A stretch of DNA of 64,000 nt, from positions 6,348 to 70,347 of the forward strand of contig DJWJ01000031.1 of the NCBI GenBank assembly GCA_002440965.1, given 5' to 3'. Origin of the DNA: Candidatus Omnitrophica bacterium UBA6233 (GTDB lineage Bacteria > Omnitrophota > Gorgyraeia > Gygaellales > Profunditerraquicolaceae). The notes below the pieces were generated by a model, which was not told where the DNA came from, made no database searches, and worked only from the letters and a program-made list of their open reading frames with translations. The position numbers were made by a program, and so were the translations under genes. Below are positions 58,092-64,000 of the stretch, piece by piece. The stretch's first letter is position 1, and every line of letters starts with the position of its first letter.

Positions 58092-59282
58092 ATGTCTATG
58101 CGTATACTTATGGTTCATCCTCATGATATTTATTCTTCAGCTGAACCTTGGACAAGAAGGGTTGTTTCTCTTGCCAGTGAGTTGGCCAGAAAGGGCAATG
58201 AGGTAAAGTTAGTTTATTTTTCTCTTTCCTATAAATATGGAGAAAGCCGTATTGCAGATAATTGTCAGGCAATATCGTTTCCAAGGAATATTACCCCCCA
58301 GGTTTTTATCCGAGATATTCGTTCTTTGGTATCGTTAGCCAGATGGGCGGATATCATTCATTTCCAAAAGTGCCACTACTACTCCGCCTTACCCGCAGTA
58401 ATCGCAGCCTATCTTTACAATAAGCCTTTGCATTATGATTGGGATGATTGGGAGGAAATGATTTGGTATGAATCCTGCGGGAAATCGGTGCATTCCCGCT
58501 TCATTGGTTTTTTCTTTAAGATACTGGAACGTTTTTTGCCTGTATTGGTTGATTCCGTATCCGTTTCCAGCCGGAATCTCGGGGATTTATCTGTTAAATT
58601 TGGAGTTAGTCCGAAATGTCTTTATTCTGTGCCGGTAGGGGCGGATTTGGAGCAATTTAACCCCGGAGTTGACGGATCGGGAATAAGAAAACGGTATAAT
58701 ATCAATGATTCCCTGGTTCTTTATTTAGGCCAGCTCCACGGAGCGCAATATATCGATATTTTTATAAAAGCAGCAAGAATTGTAATAGACAGATACCCGC
58801 GGGTTACTTTTATGATAGTAGGCGAAGGTTTTATGGAAAGATCTCTTAAAGAATTAGTTCAGGGGATTGGAGTGAGCAGGAATTTTATTTTTACCGGTTC
58901 ATTTCCCCGTGAAGACATTCCCGGATGTATTTCTGCCGCCGATATCTGTGTAGCTCCTTTTAAGAAGACAAAAGTTACTATCTGCAAAAGCCCTCTTAAG
59001 ATTGCCGAATATCTGGCTTCAGGCAAGCCAATTGTGGCAAGCAATGTTGGAGAGGTGGAAAGGATGATTTGGGATGCGGGTGTCTTGGTTGAACCCGGAG
59101 AAGCTGAGCCGTTCGCAGAAGGCATACTTAAGCTTCTCAGTGATAGCCGTTTGAGGCAAGATTTGGGGAATAAAGCAAGAAAAAGAGCCGAAGAGACGTA
59201 TAATTGGAAAGTTTCGGCACAGACCTTGTTGACTGCTTATGAAAGATCCCTTAACCGAAGAGATAACCATAATTCAGCATAA
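58092..59282 (+). CDS. Glycosyltransferase family 4
   Basis: GT-B fold. C-terminal KIAEYLASGKPIVASNVGE...EPGEAE. 396 aa. Confidence 0.7.
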   Translation: MSMRILMVHPHDIYSSAEPWTRRVVSLASELARKGNEVKLVYFSLSYKYGESRIADNCQAISFPRNITPQVFIRDIRSLVSLARWADIIHFQKCHYYSALPAVIAAYLYNKPLHYDWDDWEEMIWYESCGKSVHSRFIGFFFKILERFLPVLVDSVSVSSRNLGDLSVKFGVSPKCLYSVPVGADLEQFNPGVDGSGIRKRYNINDSLVLYLGQLHGAQYIDIFIKAARIVIDRYPRVTFMIVGEGFMERSLKELVQGIGVSRNFIFTGSFPREDIPGCISAADICVAPFKKTKVTICKSPLKIAEYLASGKPIVASNVGEVERMIWDAGVLVEPGEAEPFAEGILKLLSDSRLRQDLGNKARKRAEETYNWKVSAQTLLTAYERSLNRRDNHNSA

Positions 59283-59283
59283 G

Positions 59284-60378
59284 ATGAAGATCATATTCAT
59301 TACTCGTGAAGGATACAGGTTGGCCGGAGCCAGAGTCCGATGCTATAATTTTTCCAGGGGCCTTATGAAATACGGGATAGAATCAGAGGTTTTCTCGTTT
59401 GCGGATACCTTGGGAGCCAGAGACGGAGAAGGCGAATCCGCCATGGGCATTGCGGAGAAGATAAAATTAAATTATCTGGCTTTTAAGAGGCTGATTAAGG
59501 AAAAGAACAGTATTTTTTGCATTCAGCGTTTCAATTATCATTCTTTTGCTCCATATTTGGGGCATTTATTCCTCCGGAATAAAATCATTTTTGATCTTGA
59601 TGATTGGGAAATGCGCGAGAACCCAAAGTACTATTTTGGTTTTTATCCCAGTTCCAAGGCGCATTTTTGCGCGCGTGAGATCGCCAAAAGAAGCGTTTTC
59701 TGTATTTCAGCCAGCAGGTTTTTGCAGCATTTCCTGGGCCGATTTAACAGGAAAGTTCACTATCTTCCTTCCGGAGTCGATACGCAATTATTCAATCCCG
59801 CCGAAAATATTCCTGCCGCAGAGAAAATAGTCATTTCTTGGATAGGGACTTTTAATAAAATGGAATACATCGAGAATATAGATTTTGCTTTACGTTGCTT
59901 TGTTAAATTAAGAAAAAAACATAAAGACATCCATCTTGATATAGTAGGGGATGGAATCTATAAAGATAGCTTGGTCAGGCTGGTTACTAGATTCAATGAT
60001 TCAAATGTTAGGATTAAAGACTGGATTGCTCCTGATGAGATGCCTATTTATCTTCGTGGAATTCAGATTGGTATTCTTCCCGTAAGAAGAAGCAATAGTT
60101 TTAATCTTTCGAAAAGCCCGACAAAATTATTTGAGTATATGGCGATGCAAAAGCCGACGGTATGTAGTGCGATCGGGGAAGCGATGGATATTGTTAAAGA
60201 TGGCGATAACGGGTATCTGGCTTGCGATGCGGATATGTTTATCAAGAAAATGGGATATTTGATTGATAATTCCAGCCTTAGAAAACAGATGGGGGCCAGG
60301 GCAAGGGAAAGCGTAGAGGATAAATATTCTTTGGGAGTATTGTGTGGCCAATTTAAGGAAATATTGGAGAGTATTTGA
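59284..60378 (+). CDS. Glycosyltransferase family 4-like (GT-B)
   Basis: MKIIFIT... C-terminal LFEYMAMQKPTVCSAIGE...DNGYL. The track ORF begins earlier at 59239 and would overlap the previous gene; ATG 59284 directly follows its stop. Confidence 0.6.
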   Translation: MKIIFITREGYRLAGARVRCYNFSRGLMKYGIESEVFSFADTLGARDGEGESAMGIAEKIKLNYLAFKRLIKEKNSIFCIQRFNYHSFAPYLGHLFLRNKIIFDLDDWEMRENPKYYFGFYPSSKAHFCAREIAKRSVFCISASRFLQHFLGRFNRKVHYLPSGVDTQLFNPAENIPAAEKIVISWIGTFNKMEYIENIDFALRCFVKLRKKHKDIHLDIVGDGIYKDSLVRLVTRFNDSNVRIKDWIAPDEMPIYLRGIQIGILPVRRSNSFNLSKSPTKLFEYMAMQKPTVCSAIGEAMDIVKDGDNGYLACDADMFIKKMGYLIDNSSLRKQMGARARESVEDKYSLGVLCGQFKEILESI

Positions 60379-61250
60379 TGGCTGGGATTTCGATTATAAT
60401 CCTGACATATAATAACGCTGCATTTACAAAACGGTGTCTAGTTTCCGTATTCGCCCAGAATTATCAAAATCCGGAAGTTATTGTCGTGGATAACCATTCG
60501 AGCGATGGCACGATTGAAATGATTAAGCGGGATTATTCGCAGGTTATTTTGATCGAAAATAATATTAACCTAGGGGCAAGTAAGGCTAGAAATCAGGGTA
60601 TTAGTGTTGCGAATGGTGAATGGATTTTGACATTGGATAGCGACGTTGTTTTAGAAAAGGATTTCTTGAGTAGATTCGATTCGCTAAGCAGCGGTTTCGC
60701 TGCAGATACTGCCATGGTTCAGCCGAACGTTTTTAGTTTTGACGGTAAGGCCATCTATTCTCAGGGGATATATTTAACAAAGTTCAGGAGATTTTATGAT
60801 TTAAACCGGGGTAAACCGGATTCTTATATCAGCCCGAAGAGAAAAAAAATCATTGGTCCTTGTTCTGCCGCCGCTTTTTATCGCCGCAGCGCGCTCAATC
60901 AATTAAAAGAAAATACCGGTTATTTTGACGAGCGTTTTTTCTTTCTGGTAGAGGATGTTGATTTAGCCTGGCGAGCCAGTAAATCCGGGTGGAAAACAAT
61001 TTTTGTCCCCGAACTTAAGTGTTATCATTGTGGTAATGGGTCCCGGACCGGCAAAAAGCTAAGACGATTTTTATGTTCTCGCAATCGTATCCTGATGATT
61101 AATAAGAATGAAAGCTTTTTAGGAAAGATTTTTGTTTGTTTAATCAGTCTGCCTTATGAGTTGCCCAGATTTATTTTTAGCTATCTAGATATAGGAGAAT
61201 GCCATATTGATTATTCTGTTTTGGGAAATAAAACAAGAGTTAAAGCATAG
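60375..61250 (+). CDS. Glycosyltransferase family 2
   Basis: ISIIILTYNNAAF...VVDNHSSDGT...LDSDVVL (DxD). 291 aa. Confidence 0.75.
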   Translation: MMAGISIIILTYNNAAFTKRCLVSVFAQNYQNPEVIVVDNHSSDGTIEMIKRDYSQVILIENNINLGASKARNQGISVANGEWILTLDSDVVLEKDFLSRFDSLSSGFAADTAMVQPNVFSFDGKAIYSQGIYLTKFRRFYDLNRGKPDSYISPKRKKIIGPCSAAAFYRRSALNQLKENTGYFDERFFFLVEDVDLAWRASKSGWKTIFVPELKCYHCGNGSRTGKKLRRFLCSRNRILMINKNESFLGKIFVCLISLPYELPRFIFSYLDIGECHIDYSVLGNKTRVKA

Positions 61251-61336
61251 AATATTTATTAGGGAAATGCTATTCTAGCGGTGAATATTGATTTACTAAT
61301 TAAGTAGAAACGAATGGCAAGGAGGGGTGTAAAAAA

Positions 61337-61837
61337 ATGAAAAAGTCGTTAGTTAGAATAGGGCTGATAATTCTGGGATTGCTGTTAATTAGCCTATCGA
61401 TTTGGTTGGCTATAAGATTAAATGAAGTGCAGACGGAACTAAATATCGAGCGTCAGCTTAGCGCAAGCCTGCAGAAAGAACTTGCCGCCACCAGGATTAA
61501 GCTCGATAGAGTCAAGGTAGAGCTGGATAATACTCGAAAACAGCTTAATGAGGTTAATAAAAGATCTGCGGTAATGCAAGGCGACAATATTAAGTTATCT
61601 ATTGAGAAGAAAACCTTAAAGGCAAAATTGGATTCCTTGAAAGAGCTAAAGGCTGCTATCGAACGAGTCAAAAGGGAGATATTGCAGCAAAAACAGCAAG
61701 AACTTTTGGCTAGAAAAGAAGCGCAGAGAGAAAAGAATGTTCGTAAGTTAGCCGAAGGAAACCGCGGTTTTGTTTTGAAAGACAGTAAGTCAACATATAA
61801 GCCGACGGTAAAAATTGAAGTTCGTCCCGGTTGTTAA
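61337..61837 (+). CDS. Membrane-anchored coiled-coil protein (hypothetical)
   Basis: N-terminal TM (IGLIILGLLLISLSIWLAI), then heptad-rich charged helix. 166 aa. Confidence 0.5.
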   Translation: MKKSLVRIGLIILGLLLISLSIWLAIRLNEVQTELNIERQLSASLQKELAATRIKLDRVKVELDNTRKQLNEVNKRSAVMQGDNIKLSIEKKTLKAKLDSLKELKAAIERVKREILQQKQQELLARKEAQREKNVRKLAEGNRGFVLKDSKSTYKPTVKIEVRPGC

Positions 61838-61991
61838 ATTTATATTATCGTCTAAGTTGTCTTACAGCCATTCGTGAGAAAGCGACAGGGAGAAAGAGGA
61901 GTTTGTTAACTCCCACTTGAAATAATTAAAATTTGTTAAATAATACTTGACAGAGCCGATTTCTTGTTTTATGCTCTGGGTGAGGTAAGAC

Positions 61992-62543
61992 ATGAAGATT
62001 GTAGGAGTGAATATAAAGAGAGTAAGGGAAGACAGGGGAATGACGCTTAGATCTTTGTCCAGAGAGGTAAATGTCAGCGCCAGTTTCCTGTCTCAGATTG
62101 AAACTGGCAAAGCTTCCCCTTCATTGGTTACCTTAAAGAGTATTGCCGATGCTCTTTCGACGACCGTAGGGAATTTGATAGGGGAAGGCCAGAAGGTGAG
62201 TGATAACCCCATAGTCAGGGCCAGCGAGCGCACGCGCCTGCAGGAAGCCGGCAAAGGCGTGGGTATCTATCTATTGACCTCTCAGGATGCGAATAAACAG
62301 ATGGAGCCTTTGTTGTTTAAATTAAGCGCAAAGGCAAATTCGGGAGGTGTTTCTTATAAACATTTCGGGCAAGAATTTGTTTTAGTGCTTAAGGGGGCAA
62401 TCGAGATTACTTTAAACGATTCAATGTATGTTTTAAGAAAAGGAGATAGTATTTATTTTAACTCGAACGTTCCGCATGAATTCAGGAATATCGGTAACGA
62501 AGAGGCGGAAGCCATCTGGGTGATTACTCCCCCTACTTTCTAA
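61992..62543 (+). CDS. XRE-family HTH transcriptional regulator with C-terminal cupin domain
   Basis: LRSLSREVNVSASFLSQIETGK (HTH_3). C-terminal cupin_2-like (G.S.YF....PHEF.N). Confidence 0.8.
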   Translation: MKIVGVNIKRVREDRGMTLRSLSREVNVSASFLSQIETGKASPSLVTLKSIADALSTTVGNLIGEGQKVSDNPIVRASERTRLQEAGKGVGIYLLTSQDANKQMEPLLFKLSAKANSGGVSYKHFGQEFVLVLKGAIEITLNDSMYVLRKGDSIYFNSNVPHEFRNIGNEEAEAIWVITPPTF

Positions 62544-62611
62544 GGCTATTTTTTTGTTCAATTTGTTAAGTATTATTTAATTTTGTTAACTAACATAAAA
62601 CTTGGAGGTGT

Positions 62612-63832
62612 TTGGTGAAGGATTTGATTAAAGCTAAGGCGCGGGGGCTGAGTGAATCGTTGATTAAATTCTCTAATAGGATAGCCGATTGTAGCCCCGG
62701 CAGAAGCAACCTGCAGGAATTTACCGGGATGATTTCCGGGGAGATGAAAAATCTGGATTTCGATAGGGTAACTAGCGATAAAGCGGGTAACTTGATAGGA
62801 ATTATAAATGGATATGAAAAAAAAGACGCCTTGATTCTCATATCGCATTTAGATATATTGTCGCCCCAAGACCAGAAAACAGAAGCAGCGCTTAAAAGCG
62901 GGGTAGTAAAATTTAAAGCCGGCATAGTTTCCAGTATATATGCGGCTGCCCTGATGAAGAGAGCTTTGTTTCCTTTAACCGGAGATTTGATTGTTTGCTG
63001 TGTGCCCCGGCTAGAGTGTTGCGATTTCGGCATAAGATACCTTTTTGAGAATTATCTGAAATCAAAGCTTAAGAAAATACGCGGAGTCGTTCTTTGTGAG
63101 CCGACCGATTTTAATATATGCTTGGGGCATAAAGGAAGAATGGAATATGAAATAATAGTTAAGGGCAGTTTGAACCGAAACTTTCTGGAGAATCGGGGTA
63201 TAAATATGCTGGGAACGATGTTTCCCTTGATAAACGAGTTGGAAAAGTTTTCCAAACAGCTCCCCAGCGATTCCAACCTCGGGTTTTCTAATCTTAGGAT
63301 AAAAGATGTCAGGTATAGCGGATATCAACCTGAAGATGAACGCAATGAGTTCAGGGTAGTTGTGGATAGGGTATTCATACCGGAAGAAAACCTTGCTGGT
63401 ATATTGAATAAAGCAAAGGCTATAGCCAAGAGTGTATATAAAGGCGAGCCGGATGTAACTATAAATACCGCTTTGGCAAAGGAAAAAGTAAAAACTAGCG
63501 CTGGATTAGAGCTTGTTTCGGAAAAAGAATTTAAGCCGTGGATAATGGAGAGCTACCATCCGTTTGCCCTGGATTCTCTTAAGAGCCTAACTGATAATGG
63601 TTTTAAGTCTTCTTTCGGCTATTGGAAAAAGATTATAACTGAGGGTTCATATACTTGCGCCGAGTTAGAAATACCCACGCTTGGGTTTGGCGCCGGTTCG
63701 GAAGATTCTGTAGGTTCGGGAGCAGAGTTGTTAAGTTTAGATGAACTGGAAAGAACGGTATACGGTCTAGGGCTGATCATTCAAAGGAATATCGGAGTTC
63801 CGACATTCGGTTGGAGTTCGGATGAAATCTAA
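62612..63832 (+). CDS. M20/ArgE/DapE-like metallopeptidase-family protein (tentative), non-ATG start
   Basis: GNLIGII.G......LILISHLDIL resembles the M20 H-x-D-V-V block. TTG/GTG start near a GGAGGT RBS. 406 aa. Confidence 0.4.
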   Translation: MVKDLIKAKARGLSESLIKFSNRIADCSPGRSNLQEFTGMISGEMKNLDFDRVTSDKAGNLIGIINGYEKKDALILISHLDILSPQDQKTEAALKSGVVKFKAGIVSSIYAAALMKRALFPLTGDLIVCCVPRLECCDFGIRYLFENYLKSKLKKIRGVVLCEPTDFNICLGHKGRMEYEIIVKGSLNRNFLENRGINMLGTMFPLINELEKFSKQLPSDSNLGFSNLRIKDVRYSGYQPEDERNEFRVVVDRVFIPEENLAGILNKAKAIAKSVYKGEPDVTINTALAKEKVKTSAGLELVSEKEFKPWIMESYHPFALDSLKSLTDNGFKSSFGYWKKIITEGSYTCAELEIPTLGFGAGSEDSVGSGAELLSLDELERTVYGLGLIIQRNIGVPTFGWSSDEI

Positions 63833-64000
63833 GATTGTTAAGGCTAATATCCTGACGCTGAACTGCGGCAGTTCTTCCTTGAAATATAAGATAATCAGGA
63901 TGCCGGATGAGGAGTGCTTTGTTGAGGGGGAAGCTGAAAGAGTGGGCATCAAAACTCAAGGAGAGTCTCTTATCAGCCATTCGGTTTCAGGCAAGACGAG
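63822..64000 (+). CDS. ackA: Acetate/propionate kinase, N-terminal fragment (truncated by window end)
   Basis: MKSKIVKANILTLNCGSSSLKYKI matches the acetate kinase N-terminal ATP-binding motif (LVLNCGSSSIKY). Confidence 0.7.
   Translation, partial: MKSKIVKANILTLNCGSSSLKYKIIRMPDEECFVEGEAERVGIKTQGESLISHSVSGKT

Noticed and set aside
62573-63033. Minus-strand ORFs (62573-62848, 62590-63033) overlapping the start of the M20-like gene
   Set aside because: They overlap the intergenic region and plus-strand ORF and have no RBS or motifs. The plus-strand ORF has a GGAGGT RBS and a peptidase-like block.
1-64000. CRISPR arrays, tRNA and rRNA genes
   Set aside because: Non-coding spans were scanned for regularly spaced direct repeats and cloverleaf-like segments. 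None was found. The only repeats are the 22-nt pair at 104-182 and the CCGGACAAATAAG copies at 8.6-9.1 kb, which are not CRISPR-like.

Overview
This 64-kb window looks like a low-GC bacterial chromosome (dense ATGA/overlapping starts, GGAGG-type RBSs), probably from an uncultivated lineage; no rRNA, tRNA or CRISPR array was seen. It has three parts.

(1) 1-8.4 kb is an AT-rich accessory island bracketed by two unrelated transposase genes: an IS110-family element at 67-1300 and an rve/DDE element at 7287-8348. The IS110 element has a structured upstream non-coding end whose internal segment is complementary to the element's right end, which is reminiscent of a bridge RNA. Between the two transposases sit candidate defence genes: a DUF1863/TIR-like (ThsB-like) protein, an unknown 291-aa protein, a small alpha/beta hydrolase, a Shedu-like DUF4263 PD-(D/E)xK nuclease, a Zn-ribbon miniprotein, a nucleoside-2-deoxyribosyltransferase-like protein and a second PD-(D/E)xK-like protein. 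None of these form a recognisable canonical system.

(2) 9.1-10.6 kb carries small housekeeping genes: a CspA-like cold-shock protein with a clear terminator, a YkgJ-like Cys-cluster protein, and an RRM RNA-binding protein.

(3) 10.6-61.3 kb is a very large ABC-transporter-dependent (Wzm/Wzt) glycan-assembly supercluster. It contains three polyprenol-phosphate GT2s, three clearly recognisable GT-C (PMT/ArnT-like) transferases plus two further polytopic candidates, three GT4s, three other GT2s, a WecA-like initiating transferase, an SDR epimerase, a DegT aminotransferase, a NodU-type carbamoyltransferase with SxtJ/SxtK-like partners, an O-antigen-ligase-like protein, two membrane-anchored SGNH hydrolases, and two AsnB-like amidotransferases that lack the N-terminal Cys.

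Most unusually, the supercluster holds 11 radical SAM domains. These comprise five paralogous ~325-aa rSAM/SPASM proteins, two further rSAM proteins, two B12-binding rSAMs, and a 1212-aa fusion of a Wzt-C-terminal-like repeat module with a B12-rSAM and an rSAM/SPASM domain. The most novel candidate is this radical-SAM-rich glycan tailoring system, with a possible chain-terminator enzyme physically mimicking the Wzt recognition module.
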